Source: Tubulanus polymorphus
Taxonomy: Eukaryota > Animalia > Nemertea
NCBI RefSeq assembly: GCF_964204645.1
Contig: NC_134025.1
Span: 18,575,101 to 18,639,100 of the forward strand
Direction: 5' to 3'
Length of the DNA stretch: 64,000 nt
Part shown: piece by piece, positions 36,837 through 51,062 of the stretch
Numbering within the stretch: the first letter of the stretch is position 1
Layout: every line of letters starts with the position of its first letter
Position numbers and translations under genes: made by a program
The notes under the pieces: model-generated
The model's database searches: none
Seen by the model: the letters and a program-made list of their open reading frames with translations, nothing else
Told to the model about the DNA's origin: nothing

Positions 36837-39572
36837 TTAAGCACCGAAATCCTGATCTCAGTACAAAACTGAGCTGGCCTGAAATGTGAACACAGATTCG
36901 ACGCTTATTTGGTGTATTTACATCCGCGTAATACGCCATAATTAGCACTAATTACACTTCCCTCCATCGGCACACTGGGTGTCCACTAAAATGGTTTGCT
37001 AAGTGCTGAATTGCCGACATGCCATACGAAAGCAACCGTATTTTGGTGAATTCAGCACCAGCGAAGTACAGTACTTCATAAGCGCCAAATCTCTCGTGAA
37101 CGCGGCTAGTGTCATCATCTATATCCAACAATACATACTAATATGTGAACTCAGTACTCGTTGTGGATATAAAATCTATATAAAGCATTCATTCAAAATA
37201 TTTACGGCGCTTCAGCGATAGCTAGAAAATGTACAACATGAAAATGCACAACATGGTGGTTGAACAACAAGAATCATATAGAATTAACCACTTTTCGAAA
37301 AATACCATAATGATAGAAAATACCTGGGTGGAAATTGCACGGCATTGAAAATAATGAAAACATCAGTCTGAATTTGGTAGATATCGATTATTGGAAATTG
37401 ATAGAAAATGCACTTCATTAAAATGTACAACAAGGAAAATAACCATGAATTTGAAAGAAAAATCCAGTGCCAGAAAATAGCAGGCTAACCAAAACACGTT
37501 TATCGTGTAATAAAACGGTAGCAGCAGTATACATAAATAACTTCAAATTAGTTACCAAGAATTATCATGTAGTGGGGAATAAGGGGAAAGAAACAGTTCG
37601 ATTATTTCAGACATAGCTTTTCTTTTATCAAGGATTGTTTCGGCATTGATCTAATAAAGCTAAGTTCATTGTTGTGAATCTTATCCGAGTGAATCTTATT
37701 AAATGTTTGAAATCAATTAACAGTTCATTAGGGCTATCAAAATCATTATTCTTTAGTGGCACAACACATTAGAATTGTTTTTGCCCAAGATGATGTCAGT
37801 GATCGTGGGATTTCAAAAAAGAAATTCTTTCACATAAATGGCTGAGTAGAAACAGTTATTTATAAATATATCACATTCCATTCTACGTTTTTCAATATTC
37901 TACATAGAAGGCATTTGACCTGAAAGTTTGTTACATTATTCTAAAAGTACTGAAGTTGAAGGTAATATCAGTTATTTTCAAATTTTGACATACAAGTACT
38001 CAGGGAGGGGTAAAATATTAGCCACTGGAAAATCAGAAAATATTGTATGCATAGCTTAAGGACCATAGGTGCAGTAGGATCAATGGAGTAAATTTTAGTA
38101 TTGCACACAAAAATTGCTTTGTTCTCCGATCTGCAGTAATGTATAAAGACGGAAACTTCATGCATAACACCACACTTAGTAAGCGTTTTTAAAGGGTAAC
38201 TGACAACTTTTTAAAGATTTTTCTTCTCTTTAAACTAAACGATAGAATATACAGTAAGGCTAGGTGATTTCAAAATTGGAACAAATTTTTGAATCTAGTC
38301 AGAATTGATGATTTTGATGTTTGGCATCTGTTCGGTGTACACATTGCTTGTGGTTGTGATGCGTGGTTTTGTGTCTATTAATAGAACTACATAACTATAG
38401 GGTTGGCTCAGAAATGATGTCCATAGAAATGAATTGGAAGAAGCTACAAGAGCAATTCAACTTAATTTTATACCTGTTTGGCACTCAAATTCAGCCAAAA
38501 TGCCTCTTGATTTTGAAATTGGATAGGAATCCATTGCATTCTTTAGTAGACAACAAGGAACATGGATGTATAAATCATCATTTTGGATTATCATTTAGTG
38601 ATAAGTAAGATCATGGTTCGATCTAATATCAAGGATATTTTGACTAATGTACTGATGAATTTTAGATGGAATTAGGCGCAGGAATAATTTCAATTCTTTG
38701 CTTGAAATACTGGTATTGGTAGCAGCTTTGGTCATGAACTTAGCATATTTCCTCATCCATCCTATTTTAAAACTTAGAGGTAATGTTTGTGAAAGATTTG
38801 TGCTGTACTGATCTATCAAAACTCCTCTGCAGCCCGAGACTATAGATAGATAGATATGAATCGAAAAAACAGTATTTCTTTGAATATTTGTTGTAAAAGG
38901 GAAATTTATTGAAAGCTTTGAAGTGTTAGTCTACAAACTACTTATATGACATTGAATGAATTTAATTATTCTTTAGTGAGATCAAAATCTGTGAGTGCTT
39001 ATAACACCCTGTAGAAAATGCTCGTGATGCTGAACTAAACTTTATTTAATAGCTTCATGGCAGTCGATTGAAATCTGCATCTTCAATTTGATCCATTTAG
39101 CCTATTAAAATAACTCGTTGATTCTCTAAAATAGGTTTATGCAATGGACAATTATAGCTCCTTCTACCTCCCTGGCCAGTTTCAAAGCTGTAAAACAATC
39201 CGGTATCAAGACAACAGAAAATACACGCAGCTTCCTCAAAAGTCAACGCATTTCTATAGACAGTATTTAGCGATGTAAACAACGAAATGAGATCAAAAAT
39301 CAAGTTACACAATCATAAAATGCATGAAAACTAAACAATTTTTAACAGGACAGTTGATAATCAGTGTATAGATCAATAGAATAATAGAATACATCATATA
39401 AGTGTCAGTTACCCATTAACTTTGATGAATAACATGGTAATCGGCTTTCTTTATGACTCACTAGCATTTGGCAGAACAATCAATACTATGTCAAGGAAGA
39501 TAACAGGGCATCATTAAAAAGGCGGAAAATTTTAAATCACTTAATAAATCAGAAATAACGAATGCCATAGCC

Positions 39573-39898
39573 GAAGGCGCGAAGTAATGACGGGGGGTCT
39601 TGGGGTCCTCCCCCAGAAAATTTAAATTTTTCACATCGTCTCAGATCGTTTTTCAGCAGTTTTAACGTTAAAATTTCACTCAAGAGAATCAAACAACATC
39701 GTCCGATGTTTTACTGTTAACACACTGCTAGTTCCAAGATGAGTCAAGATGCTCATCGTCTATTCATTTGCATTAGAAAAACAATGTAGGCGGCGTCACA
39801 TTACGGGCCGCAAAAGCCATTTTTCAGCACTACACGCGAGCAACACTCCGGTAAAAAAATCAATAATGTAGAAACATATATCCACAGACACACGGTCG
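39573..39898. repeat. Interspersed repeat, second copy of 4240-4548
   Basis: Direct alignment by eye. Confidence 0.75.
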
Positions 39899-40640
39899 GG
39901 CAACGGATAGATAAAACTTTGTTAAACGAAAATGATCGCATTTAAAAATAGATCGGGAAACGCTTTTATGGTCATACCAATCAATCCTTAAGATGCCATT
40001 ATCCTCACCACCCCACCCCAAATTTTTTTTCAACGGATTTGCATCGATCTGAGAAATGATAAAAATTGATTGAAAAGGCGGAAATCCGCCGCACAGCGGA
40101 AAATTATCATCCCTGCTGTGTTCTCTATGTATGTTCTTGGTAAAGACGTCAGTAGGAAAGCCCTTCAGCATCTAGCATTGGATGGTGAAGAGCTTCCCAG
40201 TGATGTCATTATCAAGAAACAAGGTCCAGCATCGATCAGTAGAACAGGGATAAATTCATAGAAATTTTGCACATTTTCTCTTAGTACTTACTCACGCATT
40301 AGAGCTGGTGTACAAAACTTTCCTTATTAATTCCAACCCCTCTAATTTCCATCAGAATGACAAAATATCAGCTGTGTATATCCACTGGTTACAATTTGTA
40401 CCACCAGAAAATTCCACAGAGAACTTTTCTATGAGGATAGGGTACATTAGATCCTAAAAACCAGCGTATAAGTCAAGTTGTTAACTCCCAATTTTACCAC
40501 TATAATATTGGCCTAGACTATGCCAGGTATGTTATTTTTTGACTAGTATTTACAAGAAATCTTTCTCAACAAAGTTTTACAACAAATTCAATGCAACAAG
40601 CAAAATGCCTTGTCCTCTATCGTTATGGATAATATAAAAA

Positions 40641-41150
40641 TGGGGTCCAGGGACCATACCCACTTTGGATGTGGTTTCAAATGCTCAACAATCTAATAAT
40701 CACTTCAATATTCAACACTCCCTGGTGACCAAATACTAAAATCAATTACCCAGAAACCACAATCATAGAAATACTTATTAGAAATATTCATTAAATTATT
40801 GTACTATTCAATGACACCTGGTGACCATATACACGACCAATGACCTTGAAACTCGCCACAATCATAGAACCAGTCATGAGCTACAATTTGCAATTGATTA
40901 TGGTTACAAAATACACATGGTTACAAATTGTATATTATCCAATACTTAACTCCCCTGGTAGCAAGAACAAAGATTCGGTTGATCCAAATTCCCATCACAA
41001 CACCCATCACAAAATTCAATTTAAAATGGCAGACCATTAGGAGGCAACAGGTCTCAGAATTCAGGCCAAAATTGACAAGGGCACCAAAAAGGTCACAGGA
41101 TGGCCATCTTGAATCAGATCGACCCAAATTTTCTTCATGTTTACATGTAT
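40641..41150 (+). mobile_element. Deleted copy of Helentron-like family Z
   Basis: GGGGTCCAGGGAC..CACTTTGG..GTGGTTTCAAATGCTCAACAATCTAA and CAGATCGACCCAA are shared with 59601-61075. Confidence 0.65.
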
Positions 41151-41391
41151 GATTCTATTGATTAGCACACAGCAGCAATCTGACTGGTGAGCAAAGGCAT
41201 ATGTCATTAATCAAAATACACTATTCAATAGAACAATTAGCAATACCAATAATTATTCTCAGAGAAATGACTGGACCTATACGTGTGTTATAATCAGGAG
41301 TTTGAAGCCTAAAAATCTACATTGACTCATATGCCGGGTTTTATGGTACTTTACGAATGGCCTGAAACCTGTATGTTAATACCCCAATATA

Positions 41392-41677
41392 CCACCTCCC
41401 TCAGCAAGTTTACATTCCTGATGTCATCGAGAATCGCCATGGCTCGAAAACCCTGCCGAAGTAACCCAGGTGCGCAGCTACGTGTGTAGCTCAAATATGT
41501 TAATATGAGCAATCAGGAATTGTGTTTTTCCATTTAAAGGTTATCAATGAAATTTAGCAGTTACATAACAGGCAATCAATTTTTGTGCGGCAAACCTGCA
41601 ACCTCAGGCTAGTTAGGCAGGGTTTTGTGGCTGAGTCCAGCAATGCCATCAGGTTCGAATCCCTGCAGAGGGAAGAT
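41392..41677. mobile_element. MITE family A, opposite orientation
   Basis: Ends GCCATCAGGTTCGAATCCCTGC; interior is the inverse of 49906-50175. Confidence 0.65.
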
Positions 41678-44600
41678 CGAATAAACATACAATATCAACA
41701 ATTCCTAACAAATGTTTAAATTACTACTAAGAAAATATATCCCACTGGTATATCCGGTTAAAATTATATGCAAGGGTGTTCCAAACACTGTCAAGGGAGG
41801 AGGTAACAGTTTATAATTCCATTTTAACGACATGTAAATGCTGGCATTCCACTCATTGTTTTCTGTCTCTTCTTTGCTCTCAAGTTTTCGAAAAATTCCT
41901 TGATGTCTTCCTCTCTCACCACCTGACAGACAAAAGAAATCAAGTCCAGTCAAGCATGATTCATTTATAGTGGTATTGACATAAGATTATAATCTAACAA
42001 CTAGAAAGTAACTTTTAAATAGGACGACGACAGAGAATCGAAATTCAAAGTGGAACTCAGGGTGAAGACGAGTTAGGTTGGTTGCTAAGGCTTACACACT
42101 GTAGTGCTTTTCAAACATATTTGCAAGTCAGGTCCAAACGAAGTTGCACTGTTAGACAAAGAGTTGAACATATAATGCAAGTTTAAGGTATTACAGAGAT
42201 TTAAGGCAAAACGGAGCAGTTAGCATCCCTGCAAGTTTGAAAACTAGAGGGAAAAAGGTCCCGAGGCTCGAAATATTGTAAGCTCGATCAACAAAATCGT
42301 CCTCGGTATGGATTGATATTGCCTTACATACAATTAGAGGGGTTGAGAAACAAGGTATCATTTTAGCCATCGGTGCATGTTTAATCAAAGTTATACTTAC
42401 CATGACCACCGGATACAGTCTGCTCTCGGCACAATCGCCAAGAACCCATGACATAGGCCAATGACCATGCAGTCCATGGGGTACAAGCTTCACATCCATC
42501 TGTTAACACAGTTATTTGAAGCTGTTCACAGACTGAACCATAGGCCAACTGCTAACTGTACCCTTAGGCCCTGGAGCTAGTCAAACGATCGACCAAGTGG
42601 AACAGAATGAATATTTAGCAGCAGTCTCATTAGAATTCTTACATAACATCTTAAAGATTGATTATGGGAATCTTTGACTTGAAAAATGTTTGATAGATCA
42701 AGGAGAATGATACAAAACAACTACGATGAGGGTGTAGGCCGGTTACTGACGAGAAGTTACCTAATCGTTGGTGGTTAAAGCTTATATAATCGGATGGGAT
42801 ATTTGTGAAAATATCCGAACGTGAAACTAATATGGCTACAGTCGAAATTAAAACTAGTTACTGACGAAATTAAGTTACGGCTTAAAGGTTTTAATGGTTT
42901 CACAAAAGGAATTTTTTATAGTAAAAGTTATCGTGAATAATATTTCTTCTGCTAATTCAAGACCTTTTTGATGTAACGAGCATGTGGATTGTAGCCTACG
43001 CACGACCCGGTCTGTAACGCGCATTATCTATTACTGATACATACACAGTGATCGCCGCGTATATAAGGCGATATTGACGCGCGCTCTCATCACTGTGTGG
43101 CAAACTAGATACACATAATCGGGCTCTAAAAACGGATCGCTGACGCGAAAGTCCAAAAGAATTAATGACGATAAATCATTTTACTAGTAATAGTAAGATA
43201 GTTTTCAGCGTTGCTCAACGTACGAGTATCAATTCAACAGCAGCTTATGTTGAATCGATGTAGCACATGTACTCGCCGAGTCCATATCACCAATGCGTAA
43301 ACATTCAATTAATCCGCTGACACACACACCAAGAAAATACGGAAATTTCGGGCAATAAACAACAATACGGAAATAAACAACTCAATTATGGAATAGGCAT
43401 GTAAAGTGCTATTTCAAAAATGTATGCGTGGCACTATCTTAAGCGCGGACTAATTCAGTTTTACCTCTAGACAGGGGTGGCGCTACTTTAGAGTTTCAAT
43501 TCTTTATTTCGGCAATATTTAATTAACCAAATCACAAAAATTCACCATATATGAATTCAACCTTCTATGTTTCATATTTAAGCGACTGTGAAAGTTCCAG
43601 ACGCGTACGTGGCGTTAAACTGACGTTATCGTTTGACGTGACGGATTTCACGATAACAATAGGACGTTTCCTACATACCGTTGTCCTAAAAACTTATTTC
43701 AAGCTAATTCATTTTTTGGAAAGAATAGTTTGAAGATTCAAGTAATTGCAACTTCCCTCCTTAATTTATATTCCTTGGAACTTGTCCCTTAAGTATGTTC
43801 AATAAAGGAACATGGGTCCAGTAGGATCAACTAAATACATAAGTTTTGAACACAAAAATCGATTTGTTCTCGAAGGACAAATAATATAAGCCCCAAGCTT
43901 ACATGAAAACCTCATGTAAATTTCAACGAAGCAAAATTCAGCTCCCCAGAAATTTGAAAATGGATAATGCTTCAAGGGGTTCCTAGGTATTATATTTCTT
44001 AAATTTCCATTTTCAATATATAGAATTGAGTGACACATTAGAATGGTACTGGGTGCGTCAGGAGTCAGGGAGTTGTTAGCAAGATTTCAGAGAGGAAGGT
44101 CCTCAACCAACAGGAATTATTATATTATTCAAGTAAAATTTACTGAAAATATTTTCAACTAGGTTCAACTAGTCTATCCAGCTCTCTACAGCAATTAGAG
44201 GAATAATGGATGATATTTATTATCTATGACTGGATCGAGTTAGCTGATAAGAACAGGTTTGCGCAGCTGTATTTAACTTTATTTTAATTCATAGTTATGG
44301 CAATTAAAAGTTAAGAATACCTTTTTTACGCTCTCTTAACTAACATTAGAGTTAAATATTTTTGCATTGCGTAGTCATGCAAAGTTAAAGATTTTAATAA
44401 GTAACGCAGTTATCAGTCCGAGAACTGGTGAATCCTCAATTTCGCTTGGAGGAGCAACTTCACATCAAGATTCAACGGAATGCAAAACATCACTTCGAAA
44501 TTCAACTGAATGCAAAACGTCACTGAGATTCAACATCGCCGAGACTTGACGCAGAATCAACTTTGATTTCCCTTTGGACTGTTAACTGACTGGTTATTCG

Positions 44601-45914
44601 TGGGCGTGGAGCCCGGAAACTCTGCCGTAGTTAATAACTTTTTTATCGTGCATTGGAGACGACGAATTCAATCGTATCGTTCGTGAGGACCGTTTACTTT
44701 TTATCCGACAATTGCGTGCGCACCGTATGTGTTGAACTTTTAACTGTAAATCTGATTTTTCAATTTAGACTTTACTTTAAGTTCGATCTTAATCTTAATT
44801 GATTTTTTAGGTTTCTAATTTCATTTAATTTCTAAATTCTGCAAATAATTGTTATATTTGTGCATGCTTCACTGAAGATATATATTGTTCATATCCATAG
44901 TTCAAATACTATTTCGTTGTCAGTGTGTCATTTAGGGATTTATTATTCGAACTCACCCACACAGTGGCGATCTTTGGTAAGTGCGGTTACATTCGGAAAC
45001 TATGTAAGTGAGTCCATAGAGGAAGGAGTGGTTTATGACACCAATATTTCTACCAGTACTCGATACATGAATAATATATCTACTCTACAATATGAATGAT
45101 GCTATCCCAACTTTCACGATAATTGGAAATTTCCTGGTTCGCATATATAATGTTCTAACTGCTGTCAAACATGCCTGAGTAACAGATTGACTAGTGATCC
45201 CCAATCTGATGGATGTCCACACTACAAAAAGCGTAAACATTGCTTCCAATGTTACAAATCTGACCATACCGAATGTGATTGACCTCGACTCAATGCAAGG
45301 AACCTGACACGTAGGTCAGATGAGGAACTAATCAACAAAGAACGAGACCCTCGAATGACAACAGCTGTGAAATGGGTCAAGCACCTTAAAACGAAGCAAA
45401 CGATAGAATTTAAGAAGTATTAAACTCAAATATGAGAAATTTCAAGTATCCAAATGGCACTGTAATTTTACAGTCGGGTGCTAATACTGAGAATATCGAC
45501 CAGCTATTATTGAAAGCTGATTCCGATGTTCTTGATCCAGAGTGGTGTCTGCTTTGATTAGTCATCTAGGCATGAATGATGCTGAACATGAATCAAATTC
45601 AGATCACGATAAAATGAACATGACATTTGCTGTAACCAAAATCCAGGAACATTACCTACAAGGGAAAGTATTCTTCCGAAAATAGGGGAATATCCAATTT
45701 TCTTGAGAAAAACGTGATAAGACAATTTGGCTCTCATCAAATTCCCTCTTTGACCACAGCTCTGGCCTATATTGTTGACAAACACTCCAGTCATTTCGAA
45801 CAAGGTCACACAACAGGTGTCTGAGGCATTCCCCATTCTGGTCTAAAAACTAAATGCTAGCTACCAAGCTGTTAGATACGATAATTCCCCATCATCACGT
45901 GAATGTCTACATAG

Positions 45915-46035
45915 AATCTTTTTTGTTTGCAGACGATAGTAATTTTTTTGTTAGTGATAAGGATCCCTGTAACTTAGAAATCATCCTTCATACAGAACTT
46001 GATAAATTACTTCAATGGTTCAAAGCTAACAGAGT
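45915..46035 (+). pseudogene. Short CR1/L2-group RT fragment
   Basis: FLFADDSNFFVSDKD..LHTELDKLLQWFKANR. Confidence 0.7.
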
Positions 46036-48936
46036 AAACAGACTGCCAGTCTGATGTGGGCAAGTATCTATCCATTCGAATTATACGGACACACACTAAA
46101 AACACAAACACACACTAACCAACGCTGGCTAACTGGTCCCAGTTGCTTGTTACTAAGCCAAGAGTGAATAGAGCAAAACTTTTCCAGACTTTACCCAAAT
46201 TAGCAATGAAAATTCAAGTTTTTCATTCAAGAGTGAATATTTCTCCGAATGCCTATGTCAGTTTTTTTTACATTACAGTGTCAAACCCAATTTGAAAGGT
46301 TATATCTAGACGGCTAAAGGGAAAATAACGGCAAACGAATCATTGAGATAGTTCCAGATAACGATTGTAAAATAATACATCCACAGACTCTGAAGAGTTG
46401 ATAGATGCACAATATTAACCAGATCAAATCTATGTGCAACATGAAATTATTTCTCCCCAAACGAAACTAAATATTCAAGCAAGGATTAATTAACAAAGGC
46501 CCCCAGGGCTTATACCTTCATGATGCATTAGAAGATGATTCAGTATTCAAAGTTTAACAGAAAGATTTACATTGTAACGGTGTAATTTTAAAATATTTAA
46601 GATGGTATAGGCTATGTGGCGATAATGTTGATTGTCTGTTGTGGCTTGTCTTTTCATGTAATACCAGACGACCAAAGGTCATGTGCTCTCGAGGTACAGT
46701 TTTTTTATAATATCGATGAAAACATATTACATTGTTCATTCCTCTTACTACTCTTTAAATTATGCGGATCTGTTTGCTTTAACAACTGCCCTCGGCACTA
46801 CGGTGAGACTTGATGCCTCGGACAGTGGTAGGCAGGAACACATCGATTTGTTTTGCTTTAGAGTGAAATATGGCCGGTTATAGGACCAATGTCTATCACT
46901 TTCTAAGACTTTTTAATGATGATTAATAATAATTGGACCAATAACTACTTAAGTGAAAATCGATTAAGTTTATTTCATTCTAAATAATAATTGCCCATTG
47001 GCCAAAAGATTCTACCACAGCCTTATGAAGTGCCGAGATGAGATGATTAGGCAAAGTTCAAATTATCAGTAAGCAATAGGGATGCAAATTGTAATAGTCA
47101 AGTAGATTCGCTCGCGGTTTGAAGAATTAACCATAGCAGCTACATCGGCATGTTGCGAATCCAACGACAGACAGAGCTGCAACACTGCGCCAGATTCTAT
47201 ACTGATAATTTTGCAGTCGAGTAAGACCGATTCTATCGCGACATCAGGTCTGAAGACTGCCACTGCTGCAGCCTCAGCCGGGAATCAGAGCGTTATGACA
47301 AAAGGCGTCCATAATGCTCGTACTCCCCACACAATGCCCATGTAGAGACGGGATCGCTGCGGATAAGCCGTGTCATGCCATGACGATTAGTTGTAGGCCT
47401 ATCCTAAAACAATACTAGTTCACCTGTTCAGTGTTTTCTTTATGCAAATAAGATAAGTATTGCGTAAAATTCATCCGAATAATCGTACACACGTTTTATT
47501 CACCAAAATAAGCACTGGTGCAGTAAAAATCAATTTTAGAATGAAAAATATTTTCAAATTAATATTTCTATTTTCATACATTATAGATTTAGAATACAAC
47601 TTTGGCAAGGAAAATGTGTTACTAAACAGTCTATCCAATGGACTCCGTTGCAGGTGCACGTAGCTGATTGGTTGTTGCGATGCATAGGGAACCATTAATG
47701 AGGAATCTGAGATGCCGACTGTTGCTACGCAATACATCTGCAGTAAATGAATAAAAGCACGACACACTGCCATACAACTCGGCAATAATTTCGGTCTACC
47801 TGTAAAATTAAAGGCTTTCAAGGACTTAGTCTTCCAACTTTTCAAGTTTAAAGACTCCCACTGACTTTCCCATCCCAAAACAAAGAATTTAAGACCGCTA
47901 CGGTACTGACCCCCTTGGTGCAAGGTGCCCTTTCGCGCCAAGTGATGTAGTCATCTGCATATTTATTCACTCTGAGAATATCATTCAAAAATCTTCTTAA
48001 TACTATTGTCTCAGCAAACTTGGATAGTCTTTCAGTTTAGATTTCATATAATTGTACCCTTAAGAAAAAGTTGTTCGTTCAAAATCCTAATACAATCATG
48101 ATAGTATTAACTACTCAGTACTATCAACTTCTATCACTTATCAACCCAATACAATGTGAAGTAATCTTGAATACAAAGTTGCCAGATCTATTTTTGTAGC
48201 GTATTTAACCCCATTAATCGGATCTTTCGTTAATTCAATGACTGTAAAAATGGTGTGCTTTGGTTCACGGTAAACATACACGACACGATGCCGACAAACT
48301 CATAGTAGCTCTCTCGTTCCTCAAGAGCTGATAAAAAATTGGTTTGCCATATCCTTTAATGAATGACCAGTTGATGGGATATTATTCACTCTTGGATGCA
48401 GTAATCCCTTGACCTTAATTACTAGTAAGGCTGAATGATAGAAACCACAGGGATCCAGATGTGTTATGATAGCAACCATTTGATGCACTGTGGTCATAAC
48501 CAATGGGATACACTTAAGTGCTACAGGTCTAGGCCCAGCCAAGTCTTAAGGGTGGGAACAGATCTGAATGCAAAAAGCTCATGGAAATAATGAAGTTTGT
48601 CTTTTCAGCTTCATTTTTTCAGTGAAGTCTTGGGCTTATAATGGTCAAGGATCCATTTGAGTAAAAACTATGTATACTTTAAAATGTCCACATCAACAAA
48701 TGTATATTTAAAGCAGGATAAGCATGCAAATATATCAAGAATTATGAATGGGCTTGATAAATCACATTACAGATGGTATGCACATAAAGCATAAGGCAAT
48801 TGCTTAAATGAGTATCTATGTCAAATGTGTACGTGCATAAACATATTTTACCATTTTCAAAATAATGATCATAACCTGCGCAAGAAATGAAATCCATCAT
48901 TCTTGACCGAACACAAATAATACAATCACAACACAA

Positions 48937-49463
48937 CAGACCTGCCAACCCTTTGTCTGACTTAATCAGAAAAATTTCTTAGTTATCAAAATATTTGAAA
49001 TTTTTCAGTAACAAACATGTAGTTATAATATATGACATTGGAGTAGAAAAACCGATCAATTTTACTCGATTTTGGGTAACTCTTCCTTTTCTTTGTAACC
49101 GCTTTGTTATTTGTTGTTAGGTTTTTCATCACTTTGGATGAAATGTTGTTAAATCAATTAAATCATCCCGATCCCGGTCAGTAGCCGCCATTAAAACAGT
49201 CACACTATTTAGAGTCAAGAACCGATGCAACTGGTAGGCAGTGGAAGAATGTGTTCACAAACCTTTTTTTAAAATTCTTTTATATTTGGAAAATAATTTC
49301 TGCTATAAATGTAGCAGAATCATGCTACACAAATTTCATGAGAATCATGTAATGAAAATAAGACTAAAATCGCATTTTTGAACACCCACTCGTAACACCA
49401 TAATTTGTACTGCCAATCGGTAATGATTACAGGAAAAGGAAAATCGTAAAGTCGGCAGGTCTG
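48937..49463. mobile_element. MITE derived from the CAGACCTGCCAAC hAT family
   Basis: TIRs CAGACCTGCCAAC / GTCGGCAGGTCTG; both subterminal regions resemble 22515-23783; TSD not preserved. Confidence 0.8.
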
Positions 49464-49905
49464 CAATAAATTCACATGGTTTAAGAATAATGAATTAAAA
49501 GAATGACCCTACCTTTCCATTCTCAGCAAATTTGGATAAATAGTCTTTCAGTTCAGATTTCATATCATTGTAACCTAAAGAAAAAGTTCTTTGTTCAAAA
49601 TCGTCATAATACAATCATGAAGACAAATCCAGATTTTGAAACAACTCTAAAAATCCAGAGTTCCAGATATATCTGGAACTCTAGCATCCTGGAATAAGAG
49701 AATTTCAGTAAAAGCTGGTTAGAATCGACGTGTAGTTGACAAAACAAGATAAAGCAAAATATATCTCACTTCAAATGGCTTTCTTGCAACTTTGGTGGCA
49801 TGCATTTTATTGATTGAAATGACTGTGAGGCGGACAATTTTACAAACCATACGCATTGTGAGTACCACTGAATTTTTACAAATGAAAACATGTGTAGTTC
49901 CTAAA

Positions 49906-50175
49906 ACATCCTCCCTAGGCAGGGATTTGAACCTGATGGCGTCACTACACTCAGCCACGGCACAAACCCCTGGCACACTAGACCGGGTGAGGTACATTTC
50001 AAGGAAGAACTATAAATGGGAAAACCCGGCCTAAAATAAAATGGGATATCTGATTGGCTGATAATGACATCATCTAAGCTGCACGTGTAGCTGTGCACTC
50101 GGTATGGTGTGGCAGGGTTTCGTACTGTGGCAATCTTGATGCCATCAGGTTCGAATCCCTGCCGGGGAGGATGTT
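49906..50175. mobile_element. MITE family A, best-preserved copy
   Basis: ~35-bp imperfect TIR: ACATCCTCCCTAGGCAGGGATTTGAACCTGATGGC / GCCATCAGGTTCGAATCCCTGCCGGGGAGGATGT. Confidence 0.8.
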
Positions 50176-51062
50176 CCTGAAAGGGCTAATGGTATGAAGT
50201 GCTTCCTCGATAAATGACTTGTGGTTGCAATCACTGTTTTTGGAATAGACAGTTAATGTCAGAGATTTAAATCGTTTTCTCTGCCGTTAAGGTTGCAATT
50301 ATCTAATTTTTGTATGATTTCCTTCCCAACTTGATTTTTTAATCAATCAAATTAAGTCATCAAAATTTAGCACTGCTAGATATTTCTGAATTCAGTAAGT
50401 TCATGTAATCCTCATTTGGAAAACAAACTTCCCTAATCAGGAACTGTCGATTTGCAGGAATTGTTATAAGAAATGAAAACTAGAGAGAATCTTTCTATGT
50501 GGATGGGTTAGCAACAAGATAATATCAGTTCGATTGAAGACATTCAAATGAATTCTACTTGCAAATACCTAGGCCTCAATCTATTCCCACTGAACAGTAA
50601 GGATGTTCAACTGTTCAAAATTAACAGTAGTTTCAAATGAATCTAATAACGAATCAAAGAATTCGACGCCTGTAAGACCGAGTGAAAGCTGTTCATCCGA
50701 AAGAAGTGGCAGCCTACTCGCCTTGTAGTTACCACTCTAGTGACAACGTACCCAAAACTGAGCAAATCATAGGAACCTTGATGTGTTTATGTTTCATCAC
50801 GAATCGTAGGCACCGTGTTATTGTCTCATCATACACCTTAGCGTCATCACATTGTGCAAGTAGGACACAGAGGTCCACAATTCAATTCAATTCAATATAT
50901 CTTTATTGTCCTTTGAGTAATATAAAATACAAGTCAGGTTTTTTTACAATAAAGATGAGAAAAGGGTAACATAAAAAATTTATAGGAAATCATACTAAAA
51001 ACGCAATTGAAAAAGAATAAACATTAGATAAAAAAGGAAATAACAATAACAGCGATCGATTA

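Noticed and set aside
48931-49469. 6-bp TSD for the small hAT MITE
   Set aside because: The flanks ACACAA and CAATAA do not match, so it was not counted as evidence.
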